This document shows positions 11,704 through 22,989 of a stretch of DNA of 42,231 nucleotides, in pieces (the stretch's first letter is position 1; every line of letters starts with the position of its first letter). The stretch is from Nemertoderma westbladi (Eukaryota > Animalia > Xenacoelomorpha). The notes below the pieces were generated by a model. The model searched no databases, was not told where the DNA came from, and saw only the letters and a program-made list of their open reading frames with translations. Location: NCBI GenBank assembly GCA_032718475.1, contig JAUCBJ010000124.1, positions 1-42,231 on the forward strand, in the 5' to 3' direction. The translations under genes and the position numbers were made by a program.

Positions 11704-12948
11704 GATTCCCCGTACTTAGTTCCAATTTAAGCCTCATGCGAATTTAGTTCCAATTTTGGCGAATTTTGTTCCAATTTAAGCGAACTTAGTTCCAATAACT
11801 AGAGAAAAACGAAAACTAATTTAGTTCCAATGCATGCGAACTTAGTTCCAATGGATGCGAATTTAGTTCCAATGGATGCGAATTTAGTTCCAATGGATGC
11901 GAATTTAGTTCCAATGGAAGCGAACTTAGTTCCAATGGATGCGAATTTAGTTCCAATGGATGCGAATTTAGTTCCAATGGATGCGAATTTAGTTCCAATG
12001 GATGCGAATTTAGTTCCAATGGATGCGAATTTAGTTCCAATGGATGCGAATTTAGTTCCAATGGATGCGAATTTAGTTCCAATGGATGGGAATTTAGTTC
12101 CAATGGATGCGAATTTAGTTCCAATGGAAGCGAATTTAGTTCCAATGGAAGCGAATTTAGTTCCAATGTTTCAGGTGTGAGGCGAGCCACTTAGTTGGCG
12201 AAGAATCTGTTTAATGGCACTATTAGGTGGATGGTTAAATAATAATTGTAAATAACTAACCCAAAACGCCCAACCTCCTAACCAAAACAATCTTATCTCA
12301 AATAACGCCCAACCTATTAACCCAAACAATTCAATTAAATTAATTTATATTTAATCATTTAAAAAGATATTCATTGTAAAAAACAACGCCCAAGCTCTTA
12401 ACCCAAACAACGCCCATTCACCTAAACCGAAACAACTGGTAAATATTGTAATTGGTTATAAAATGGCACAATTTGCCTGACTTGAGTATACTCGTGATTA
12501 ATAAATAATATATTTCAAAATGTGTAATTATACATTTAATTCATTAAATGACAGAAGGGGTTTACAATTATTTACAATTATTGTGACCCATCCCAAATAG
12601 TGGCAATACGCAATAGGCTTCACCTACTACGTGGCTATCCCCACGATTGAAACATTGGAACTAAGTTCGTACCCATTGGAACTAAATTCGCACCCATTGG
12701 AACTAAATTCGCTTCCATTGGAACTAAATCCGCATCCATTGGAACTAAATTCGCATCCATTGGAACTAAATTCGCATCCATTGGAACTAAATTCGCTTCC
12801 ATTGGAACTAAATTCGCATCCATTGGAACTAAGTTCGTTTCGATATTCCGGGATTGGAACTAAGTTCGCCTCGATTGGAACTAAGTTCGCTTTGTAAAAT
12901 TTATTTTGGAACTAAATTCGTTTCAATTGGAACTAAGTTCGTGCTACC
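11704..12948. mobile_element. Foldback element with inverted 21-bp tandem arrays
   Basis: (GGATGCGAATTTAGTTCCAAT)n at ~11715-12167 and its reverse complement at ~12653-12941. 9-bp TSD CCCCTGAAC (11695-11703) / CCCCTGAAA (12949-12957). No transposase in the ~480-bp centre. Confidence 0.88.
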
Positions 12949-13755
12949 CCCCTGAAACACTTGCACAATGTCCATTAATCTTATCTTATACTGTAACAAT
13001 GGCACTGGTGGGGTAAGTACTGTATGAGTTACACTAGTTCGAACACTTCTTGAATTGGCTCCTTTGATTGGTTAACTACAGTAGTTATAATTTGATTGGA
13101 TTTTGTAATCGTGTTAGAATCTTTCTCTCAGCTTCCAGGTAAGAGATTGTTCGAAACAATAAGTGTAGCCCAATGTATTAATTAATGACATTCAATAATT
13201 AGTTAAAACGCCCAATTACTGTGCGCCATTGAACGATCACAGCTCGACCAATCACCATCACTTTCATCGGGCTAAATCCCTATTGGGTGGAGGGAAATTT
13301 AAATCGTAACTGTGCGCTTTATCAGTTAATGCGGTGAAGGTTTTTAGTTTTTCCTGCATTTAAGTACTGAAGCAGGCCCGGAGGCCGATAACGTTTTACT
13401 CTTAAACCTTAGTGTTTTAATTTAACCTGCCAGACCCCTTAATATCTCGTTATTATACTTAATATTACTGTATCTAAAATAAATACTTATTCCCCAAAAT
13501 AAATACATATTTCCCCAAAGTAAATGCTTATTCCCCCCAAAGTAATCAATAGTCTACCAAAATAAACAGACTATTAGTTACAGACTCTCAGTTGCAGAAT
13601 ATTGGTACGAGGATCGTCGATATAATACAATTAAACATTTTGTTTGATTTATGAAAATAATGAATGGATTGGTATAATAAATTTTCCATAATATATTTAA
13701 TGCTGGACCTGGATTAATTGTTTTTGGTTGACAAGTATTTATTGTAGGGAGATTG

Positions 13756-15243
13756 AATAATTGTTTTGGGGATGAATAATTGTTTTTGGGGTATGAATAA
13801 TTGTTTTTGGGGATGAATAATTGTTTTTGGGTTATGAATATTTGTTTTTGGGGTATGAATAATTGTTTTTGGGGATGAATAATTGTTTTTGGGTTATGAA
13901 TATTTGTTTTTGGGGATGAATAATTGTTTTTGGGGGATGAATAATTGTTTTTGGGGATGAATAATTGTTTTTGGGTTATGAATAATTGTTTTTGGGGATA
14001 AATAATTGTTTTTGGGTTATGAATAATTGTTTTTGGGGTATGAATAATTCTTTTTGGGGATGAATAATTGTTTTTGGGTTATGAATATTTGTTTTTGGGG
14101 TATGAATAATTGTTTTTCGGGATGAATAATTGTTTTTGGGGTATGAATAATTGTTTTTGGGGATGAATAATTGTTTTTGGGGGATGAATAATTGTTTTTG
14201 GGGATGAATAATTGTTTTTGGGTTATGAATAATTGTTTTTGGGGATAAATAATTGTTTTTGGGTTATGAATATTTGTTTTTGGGGTATGAATAAATGATT
14301 TTGGGGATGAATAATTGTTTTTGGGGTATGAATAATTGTTTTTCGGGATGAATAATTGTTTTTGGGGTATGAATAATTGTTTTTCGGGATGAATAATTGT
14401 TTTTGGGGATGAATATTTGTTTTAGGGGTATGAATAATTGTTTTTGGGGATGAATACCGGTACTTGTTTTGGGGTTATGAATAAATGATTTTGGGGATGA
14501 ATTGTGACGGGATCCGAGAGGATCCCGGTTTATCCGGTGTCGTTTCGTACGCGTCAGCCGCACCGTGTGATGGAAAAGGAGTTTGTGTTGTTGTTGTCCG
14601 ATGTTGTTGTTAATGATATATAAAACATGGGTGATAGCATGTAGATGCAATAGTAAATAAATAGCACTGATAACTGAACAAACCGGTAATATGGTGACGG
14701 CGGTGACGGTCTCAACTGTCACCGTACTACCGTGACTGTACTGGCAGACTGAGACAACTAACTACAATGATTACTGTACAGGTAATATATACTGCACGGG
14801 TTGGCCTCATTGCATTACCCAGCCGGTGCCTTCCCCCCATTGGCTAATATCCCTGTTGTCACCCTTTGCCCCCCTCTGAAGTGCTTCCCTTCGCCCCTGC
14901 TATTCTCTCTCTGTCAGGGATAATTGTTTTTGGGTTATGAATAATTGTTTTTGGGGATGAATAATTGTTTTTGGGTTATGAATAATTGTTTTTCGGGATG
15001 AATAATTGTTTTTGGGTTATAAATATTTGTTTTTGGGGTTTGAATAATTGTTTTGGGGATGAATAATTGTTTTTGAGGATGAATAATTGTTTTTGGGGAT
15101 GAATAATTGTTTTTGGGGATGAATAATTGTTTTTGGGGATGAATAATTGTTTTTGGGTTATGAATAATTGTTTTTGGGGATGAATACCGGTACTTGTTTT
15201 TGGGTTATGAATATTTGTTTTTGGGGTATGAATAAATGATTTT
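13756..15243 (+). repeat. 22/23-bp minisatellite (GAATAATTGTTTTTGGGG[T]AT)n in two blocks split by an insertion
   Basis: Blocks at 13756-14502 and ~14919-15243. Degenerate inverted units at ~13477-13570. Confidence 0.93.
14503..14916 (-). mobile_element. Probable solo LTR inserted in the minisatellite
   Basis: A unique 414-bp segment bounded by TG...CA with short inverted ends (TGTGAC / GTCA). On the minus strand a CCAAT box precedes a TATATAT box. No clean TSD is seen. Confidence 0.5.
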
Positions 15244-15249
15244 GAATAA

Positions 15250-15373
15250 AACTGTCATGTAACCCTAACCCTAAGTCATAATGTAAGAAATGTAGCGGAA
15301 TTTCCGACATTATTGCCATAAGGACCGCAGGGCCGATACCAGCAATGTGTGGGTTAGGGTTGCACGACAGTTG
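15250..15373. repeat. Small inverted-repeat element with TAACCC/GGGTTA motifs
   Basis: AACTGTCATGTAACCCTAACCC ... GGGTTAGGGTTGCACGACAGTT. Confidence 0.55.
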
Positions 15374-15802
15374 TTTTAATTAGGGTTTAGGCCGCCACTA
15401 CAGTAAATACTGTACTACTGGTGTTGTATTGAATTTGAAGGTAGGCCTACCCCAATCGTGAAATTCCCGGTAAATCCATGCCTTCTATTCGTTGCCAGTC
15501 AACAACAAATCAGCAGTCGCTGATTAATTTTTGGCCCAAATGTGTTTGGCCCAACTGTGGTAACCCTTTGCACTTGTGTCAAGGCTTGCCGGCCAATTGG
15601 TGCAGAAGGATCTTACACAGATCATACTGTAGTAGAATAACATGTCACTGTAACCTGGTCTTTTCCCTTAAGATACCAGAACCAAACGCCGCAGGAATCA
15701 ACGACGCAGGACCGACTGACGCGGAACCGATCCGAGGTAGTATGGTGAGATTGTATATTCCAGAATTAAAACAATATATTCCAGGACATGGTGTAGGCCT
15801 AG

Positions 15803-16193
15803 GGGGCCGTCCAAGTATGACGTCTGCACTTTTCCCCAAAATGTTGACCCCCTCCCTCCCCTAAATCAGATGTCATCAGATAGGCGTAGACCCCCCCCCC
15901 CCCCCCCCCTAAATTTATAATCACTTCTAAATCATTCAAATCGTCCTAATCACTGAAACATGGTGACTGGTAACTGAAACAGAAGGTCGTGCTACGGGCC
16001 TTCGGGGGCTTCGAACAATTAAAATAGGCAAGCTATTTACTCTTCTGCTATATCTCTTCTTAGCACCTATAAATGAACTTGCTGACGTCAGATTTTGGCT
16101 GACCCCCTCCCCTCCCCTCATCAGCACGTCATCAGATTTTCCCAACCCCCCTCCCCCCCCCCTAAAGTGCTGACGTCATACTTGGACGGCCCC
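15803..16193. mobile_element. MITE with 22-bp perfect TIRs, just downstream of the bHLH stop codon
   Basis: GGGGCCGTCCAAGTATGACGTC...GACGTCATACTTGGACGGCCCC, flanked by TAG on both sides (a TA TSD is an alternative reading). Confidence 0.88.
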
Positions 16194-16333
16194 TAGTCTG
16201 TCTGCGTGTAATATTTATACAATTCTGTAAGGCAGATGTGGCAATTGTGGAATTAATAAGAGACCTATAACTACGACCTCCAGTAGTACACTACTACATT
16301 ACGCAGTCAAGCAAGAAATACTACGTTTTTTAA

Positions 16334-16444
16334 TCAACAATCACTTCCGTCCGTCTTTTGTTGATAATACAATAGTTGACTACGAGATTTTCCGTGAGAA
16401 ACAATGTAGCTTTGTGGGCTCATTCGCGATCGTAGAGGCCATTT
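16334..16444 (-). CDS. TCF24: TCF23/TCF24-like bHLH, last coding exon (not in ORF track): KWPLRSRMSPQSYIVSHGKSRSQLLYYQQKTDGSDC*
   Basis: Acceptor CTTTTTTTTAG|, phase 0. Joining to exon 2 gives IRPYKKWPLRSR, which matches the family's conserved HPVKKWPMRSR motif. Confidence 0.85.
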   Translation of the reverse strand, partial: KWPLRSRMSPQSYIVSHGKSRSQLLYYQQKTDGSDC

Positions 16445-16973
16445 CTAAAAAAAAGTTATACAAAAACGTTCAATACACAGGTACTGTATGTAGTATATTT
16501 TATACAGTAGAAACTATATGTTTGTGGCTATGGTGTACTGTAGGTGTACTGAACTGCTATTTAGATTAGGCTTTCAGCATATGTTCATGTAACATTCAAA
16601 GTACTGTATGTCCCTGAGTATGATTGATAAGTAGGCCTACTGTAGTACCACTTACACAGGTTTGTGATCTCAGTCGGTTGTTGATGCCGAATAAAAGGAG
16701 ATACCGTACCGAAGTTATTAACTGTTATGTTTGACTACGAAGTTTGAACCTTATGAAAGGAAGGAATGGGCCTAGGCTACAGTTATTTTACTTTTGTTTT
16801 CAATTGCCAAACCTTTTAAGGTTGAATAGTTGTTATTGTTCTACTGTATTTATTACCATATCTTATGGGATATATTTTTGAAGGCCGAATACAGTTTAGT
16901 TAATGTTGTATTTGAATCTGTTATACTGTACGCCTACGATCTACAGTACTGTAGTTGTGTTTGATTGCCAAAC

Positions 16974-17135
16974 CTTATATGGTCGAATGCAGCTACTGTT
17001 GTGTTTGATTTCAGCGGTTGGTTTCATCTGAACTACCGGTACCGGTAAGTCGTTTACAACGCTATTTAGATATACGATATAATTCGATGCGAGAAGAAGA
17101 ACATCAAGTTTCGACAATTTAGTTCCTGGGGGAAC
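16974..17135 (-). CDS. TCF24: TCF23/TCF24-like bHLH, exon 2 (loop and helix 2)
   Basis: TTTTCAG| acceptor, then VPPGTKLSKLDVLLLASNYIVYL...IRPYK, then |GT donor. 162 nt, phase 0 at both ends. Confidence 0.9.
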
Positions 17136-18167
17136 CTGAAAAGTCAATAATAAGTACAGTAATGTGTTAACAATCTAAACACAAATATTGATTGGAGAAA
17201 ACCACACCTTATTGCTATGTTACTACACAGTACGGAAATACAGTATGATGGAATTAAAAATGATCCGAATATACTCTTCAATATTTTGGGGGCATTAGCA
17301 AGAAAAATAAATAAAATTGGTTCAGTTCAATTGGAAATTAGTTTTGACTTGCTTTACTATTTATTAACTTAATAAATCTAATACTTAATTATGTTCGTTG
17401 CTCAACCACGCCCAGCCACGACTCGTTTTGTTTCCACCCATGTGTTGAACATGAACACATACAGTAGATTCGATTTTCACGCCTCTTACAGACAAAACGA
17501 GAGGATATCTTCTAACCATTGTAGTCCGCCTCCCTACGGCTAGAGTTCGCCTCTCTCAGGTTACAGTAAAAGGTAGGCCTACAATAATCGTTTTTGAAAA
17601 ATTATTAATTTTGTCATACATTAACGCATCCCGATTTATTTTCCTTAATTATTTTCATCTCGTATTCTTACGAAAGCTTTGTACAGTACAGTATATACTG
17701 CTTGATTATTGAGAAAATCCCCACATGCCGATAAGAAAATGACATGAAATCGTTAAGGAGTGAAATTGAAATCCGATACTGTAGGCTTATTCTCTCCAAA
17801 ATCAGCACAAAACATGCAGATTAAGTTTACCTACTTCCATCGTAGTCCCACCTTACGCAGGGGTAGTACATAACTAAATATTACATACTGTATAACAAAT
17901 CGAGGGCCGTAAAAGATTTAAGTGCTAATTATTCACAATGGCGGATCTAATTTTATTATATTCGTAAAATGTAACTTTTTCGCTCGAATATAGGCCAAAA
18001 TCAGGAGAAAAAGTAGTAATTTTTCCCTAGGGAAAAATTTGAAAAAAAAATGTGATGAAAGAGCATCGAAGTAGAAAGGTAAATTGTATGTGGTATGGCA
18101 TACATTTGGTATTTATTATAAGTTAATATTTTCATATCAAAAATCAATTTTTTATCACATCGTGATA

Positions 18168-18768
18168 ATGGGATCATGGACCCGGAAGTCAGATGAGGAC
18201 CTTCGAATACGTAAGGGAAAGGCATGGCCAGCCTTGAATAGGCTTTCCGGGATTTGGAAGTCACATAGAATTAATCGGAAACTTAAGGTCCGATTATTTA
18301 GAACAGCAGTATTTCCAGTATTCCTCTATGGGAGTCCATGCTGGGCTCTAACTGCTGAGGACACCAAATCTCGGATGGCACATTCACAAGAATGCTGTGC
18401 CGGGTTCACTGTGTCAAGTACAATACATATATCTCCAACCAGACACTATATAACATTGTAGGTTTCTCATTGGTTTCCCCAAGCTTGACACTAGAACAAA
18501 GCCGCCTCCGCTTTGCAGGACATTGCTTTCGCCGTGAGGACCAGCCAGTGCATAATCTTGTACTTTGGCAGCCTCATGGAGTGAATAAGCATGGTGGACA
18601 GCCCATGACTTTCTTGAGACGCATATTAAAGGACACTGGCCTTGAAGATGTGGATGATCTAGCAAATTTGATGGGTGATAGGATGCTGTGGCGGCGCAAT
18701 TGTGTCGATAAGACGGCACAGCATTCTTAAAAATGCACCTGCAATGCAGCATGCCGATCCTAGTAGTT
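18168..18768 (+). mobile_element. 5'-truncated RTE-clade LINE, 3' end (family A), in bHLH intron 1
   Basis: Frameshifted C-terminal motifs (IWKS, LKVRLFR..LYGS..W, RLRFAGHCFR) and a TAGTAGT tail. Closely similar to 24368-24811 and 34597-35089. Confidence 0.88.
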
Positions 18769-19178
18769 AAACTAATTTTTTCACAAAATTAGTTCAAAAA
18801 GACTTTTTAACTAATTTTCTGGAAATTAGTGAAAAAAAGTTAACTTAATTAACTCAATTTTAAAAATATTAGCGAGAAAAAGAGCCTTTTTCAAGTTAAA
18901 TAATTTTAATCGCAGTAACTACATAATAATATGTAAGCAATATACAGTAGTAAAACACTGTAATTCAATTTATTTTGTAACACTATATGGCTCCATCTTT
19001 ATTAAATAATTAAGCAACAAAAAAAGAACCAATTTAAGAAAAAAATTACGTATTAGGCCTACATGGGAAAAAAAGCTATACCAATGCATATATATTAAAT
19101 ATTCTCTCGACCCTTTTTTACCGGCCCGCTGTTTTTTATTAGGCTAACTGAGAATGTATTAGGTATAAATAATTAGTG

Positions 19179-19410
19179 TTATTTATTTTATTTATCAAGA
19201 CAGAAAGACCCCTCCGCAGAATAAACTGATCTTTGGGGCCGTTTCCCAGGTTACGCATAAGGATTACATTTCACACATCGCACTAATTGTGATTGTGATT
19301 TGTTTGTCTAGGCGAATGTGTATTACATTAAATGGTAGGCAGTTTTCTGGTTGATGCAAGGAGTTCTTGGTTTGCAACTTCCAATCTCATCTGTTTCTTG
19401 GAGTCTGTGT
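19179..19410 (-). mobile_element. Probable 3' tip of an L2/CR1-group LINE
   Basis: (AAAT)n tail on the minus strand, preceded by a GC stem (GGCCCC..ATCAGTTTATTCTG..GGGGTC) of the kind found in L2/Crack 3' UTRs. Confidence 0.4.
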
Positions 19411-19412
19411 AA

Positions 19413-19642
19413 AGGCCCGTTCACATCAAATGGAACGGTACACCGCGCGGTGTACCGCAGGGCCAGTGGTACACCGCTGACTGGGAACGACCCAACAGGT
19501 AGTTGTGCGCTAAACCGCGCGGTTTACCGCAACCCATTTAAACAATGTTAAAACAATTACTGTAATGTAATTTCCTGTTGAATTCACAGTCGACAGATAG
19601 ACAATCAGTTACCGCAACGGTACCGTTGGGTGTGAACAGGCT
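19413..19642. mobile_element. PIF/Harbinger-like MITE
   Basis: Imperfect TIRs GGCCCGTTCACATCAAATGG / CCGTTGGGTGTGAACAGGCT. A further similar end, TGTGAACGGGGC|TTA, lies at ~20529-20543. TSD unclear. Confidence 0.55.
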
Positions 19643-20863
19643 CCGGCAGGCCCGTATCGTGCGGGGGGGCTTTGGGGGCACTGCCCCCCCCCCCCCCCCA
19701 GACAAGTCCCACTGCCCCCCCCCCCCAGACATGTCTTGTTCACTCGTCCGGTTCACAATTAATTAATAATAATAGTGTTGACCCCAGTGATCAATATTAT
19801 TGGATACACATTTATATACTTACTGTATAATAGGATACACACTTACACACTGACCTGACTCCCCACCATCCCATTTTGGGCCAATTATATAATACTACAT
19901 GGCATTAACCTACCTACCTACCTGTAATTACTAAAAATATCCGAAAGCTCCAGGTTCTCTCATTGGTTACCAGGGGTTGTTTGTTGTTGACCCATTGTCT
20001 ATTTGTCTGTAATCTGGGAGCCAGCTTGCAGCTAAAAGGATAGGCGCTGAGGGTTACTTGCGCTGGTATCAATATCTATAATTTGTTGTAACTTAACCTT
20101 AACCATATTATACCTGAAGTGGGTCCTTCGCGCAGCACGTGACATAAACTTATGTAAGTGTCAACCCGAAAGAAATATAAGCAACATCTAAGCAGATGTC
20201 TCTTGATCACATTACACTTAGAGGTAGTCTGGAAAACTCCAGTCGATTTTTAAGACCTCAGAAAAAGTTTAAATGACACAGCTAATGGTCTAGTACAATT
20301 CTGCCAAGTTTCCGCTTAAACGGATTAAAAGCAAATAAATGGGAGGACATTTAATGCTTAGACATGTAGCCATCTATCAGGAGACTGTTGAACTGATTGT
20401 GTCTAAAGTCGCTAAATAATGTCAAGTTTTGGACATATTTATGCCTACAAATTTTCAATTCGACAGCTTTAAATATAACAAAGTTATTTGAATGTTACGT
20501 TAATTAAATCGTTACGTCAACAACTATTTGTGAACGGGGCTTAAGACAGGTTCGTTATAAAGCAGGAAAATATGTCGCCCTGGTGATTTGGTAGTGCGAA
20601 ATTAATTCCATACAAATATATAAAATATAATGGAATTTTAGTACAAGCGATTACCTTTTTTTCATAATGTTCTCATGATATTTCACAATATAAAGCATGT
20701 TTGGAGTATAATATTACCTGGAAAATCCAGGATTATACGGATATAATACTGGTATGTCGCCCCAGCAATGTGTAAACAAAAAGCGGGAATTAATGATAAA
20801 CAATAATACACAATAATAAATAATAAACAATACTACAGTAATTGAACGAAAATTTACAGAAAC

Positions 20864-21223
20864 CTGTGGCAGAGCACATTGTAGACGATGGAAGGCATCC
20901 CTCAAGGTTTGCACTCGACATCGCTCTCTCTCGGCGTTTAGTGTTGGTCTACTAGTAGAATCCACTCGACATCGCTCTCTCTCGGCGTTTAGTGTTGGTC
21001 TACTAGTAGAATCCACTCGACATCGCTCTCTCTCGGCGTTTAGTGTTGGTCTACTAGTAGAATCCACTCGACATCGCTCTCTCTCGGCGTTTAGTGTTGG
21101 TCTACTAGTAGAATTCACCTTCATTGGGTGCCGTTTCGTTACTTTGCTGGCCATATTGACTTCGTTGGGCCTACAACTGTCGGCATCATTTGTTAGGACA
21201 TTGTAGCTACTTATAGAATCCAT
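20864..21223 (-). CDS. TCF24: TCF23/TCF24-like bHLH, exon 1 (quadruplicated basic region and helix 1)
   Basis: NAERERCRVQTLRDAFHRLQCALPQ resembles TCF24 NAARERSRVQTLRHAF. CAG|GT donor at 20864/20863; 360 nt, phase 0. The start could instead be the second Met. Confidence 0.88.
20912..21118 (-). repeat. Four tandem 51-bp coding repeats (V[D/N]STSRPTLNAERERCR)
   Basis: Units start at 20912, 20963, 21014 and 21065 on the + strand and are identical except for one base. Confidence 0.97.
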
Positions 21224-21484
21224 TTAAATTTATCCTCTAAAATAATTTGTCATAAAATTACTTAACTTATTTCGGTGCACCACTATTAAAAAATTAATTA
21301 GAAGTTTTAAAAAATAATTTGTGGCAAGGGGTTGGAGGAGAGAAACATTTATTTTAATTTTTTCTTTGGTGCGGGTCGGCCAAATCTCTCTATAATTGAA
21401 AAAAATGTAGAATTATCCAATAGAAAGAAATTGTAGGCCTAAAGTACGTCACAAGGACTCAGACCAGCGGGGTAGTGACTGTAT

Positions 21485-22656
21485 GGATCTAGGACACTTC
21501 CCCCCCGCCCAAGTAGGACACCCCCCCCCCCCGGACACTTCCCCCCCCCCCGGACACTCCCCCCCCCCCCAGTTAAAGTGTTAAAATTAATCTGGGTGCA
21601 TCAAAGCAATAAACAAAAGTTAAAGATGGTTACAGGACAAGTTGTATCTAGACAAGTTTTTTCAAAATTATAAAAGAAACATTTTTATAGTCAAATTTTG
21701 TTTGTCTTTCTTTTAATTCCTTTAATTATTTTAATTTCTTTTAATTGGGGGCTGCCGCCCCCAAACCCCCGCTTCTTTTGTTGGGGGCTACTGCCCCCAA
21801 ACCCCCGCTTCTATTCTTGGGGGCTGCCGCCCCCAAACCCCCGCTTCTTTTCGTGCCCGTGGTGAAAGACTTAAGACCACTTTAAAATAATTAATTCATG
21901 TTTGTATCATCAGATAATGAATTGACTAAGCCTAAAGTAGGAGCTGTATTGAATGTTAACCAAATTAATATATAAATTACTACAATATTATATAATTCAA
22001 CAAAATCCTATTAAAAATATTGCAAGTAACCAGGAAATTTAATATGTAGTGTGTATAATATAATATCTATATAGTAGTAGTACAGTAATATGTATATCAA
22101 TATGTAATGCTGAACACAGAATACAGGTCGACGACGCATGTCGATTTTACCCTGGAGAGGTATAATTTTGATTGCAACAATAATATTCATCCCCATCTGC
22201 TACAATTTGAAGAAGACTATTACATAATAATACCTATAATTAAAACAATTAATTATTATAATTCTATAGTTAATAAAAACAGTATATCATTCCGGGGATG
22301 GAATTTATAGGTCATCTAATATAATTAATTGTTTAAAGATTAGTAAACAATACGATATAATTGCATTGATAAAACCCATAAATAAAACTTGGATATAAAA
22401 TGTAAAATCGGGATGCAAAAGATCACTTTCTGAGCTACGAAAGGAAAATTGGATACAATTTATCTGGATACAAGCGGTCCGTTTACCTTACAAAATGAAA
22501 AATACGAATGTGCGAAGTTAAGAACAGTCGGGGGGGAAGTGTCCGCGGGGGGGAAGTGTCTGGGGGGGAAGTGTCCGGGGGGGGGGGAAGTGTCCTACTT
22601 GAGCGGGGGGGAACTGTCCGGGGGGGAAGTGTCCGGGGGGGAAGTGTCCGAACACC
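21485..22656. mobile_element. Non-autonomous DNA transposon with subterminal GGACACTTCCCCCC repeats, ~260 bp upstream of the bHLH ATG
   Basis: Inverted repeat clusters at 21492-21570 and 22530-22650. 8-bp TSD GACTGTAT (21477-21484) / GACTGGAT (22657-22664). Three internal ~36-bp hairpin units at 21746-21850. Confidence 0.82.
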
Positions 22657-22989
22657 GACTGGATCTATGTATTTGGCCTCATAAGCTGTGCGCAACTACA
22701 GTATGGGTCAAACCTACTTGACCCTGCCTACTAAATTTAACTATAATACAGTACCAGCATTATTGGAACGGCACTCAATCTCATGAGACCTTAGACTTAA
22801 GCGCAGCGACATTGACCTGATTCGAAAACAGTCTATCGTTTTACAGCTCCTGCCGCACTGACGTTGAGTGCGGCTAAGAGCGGCTACATTTTCGAATTAG
22901 CTGAAAACGAATTGCATAAAAAGGTAACGGCAAGCTGCAATGCCGCTAAACCGTTTTCGAATTAGCGGAAGCCGTACCCGTATCTGCAG

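Noticed and set aside
11816-12897. ORFs of (LELNSHP)n / (MDANLVP)n
   Set aside because: By-products of a stop-free 21-bp repeat in foldback arms; open on both strands.
13756-15243. CRISPR-like appearance of this and the other tandem arrays
   Set aside because: Units are contiguous with no unique spacers, there are no cas genes, and the context is eukaryotic.
15259-15391. Interstitial telomere
   Set aside because: Only about two TAACCC units per arm, within a small inverted repeat.
20714-20863. Hydrophobic, transmembrane-like tail of the 169-aa ORF
   Set aside because: Read-through into intron 1 past the CAG|GT donor; the HLH continues in exon 2.
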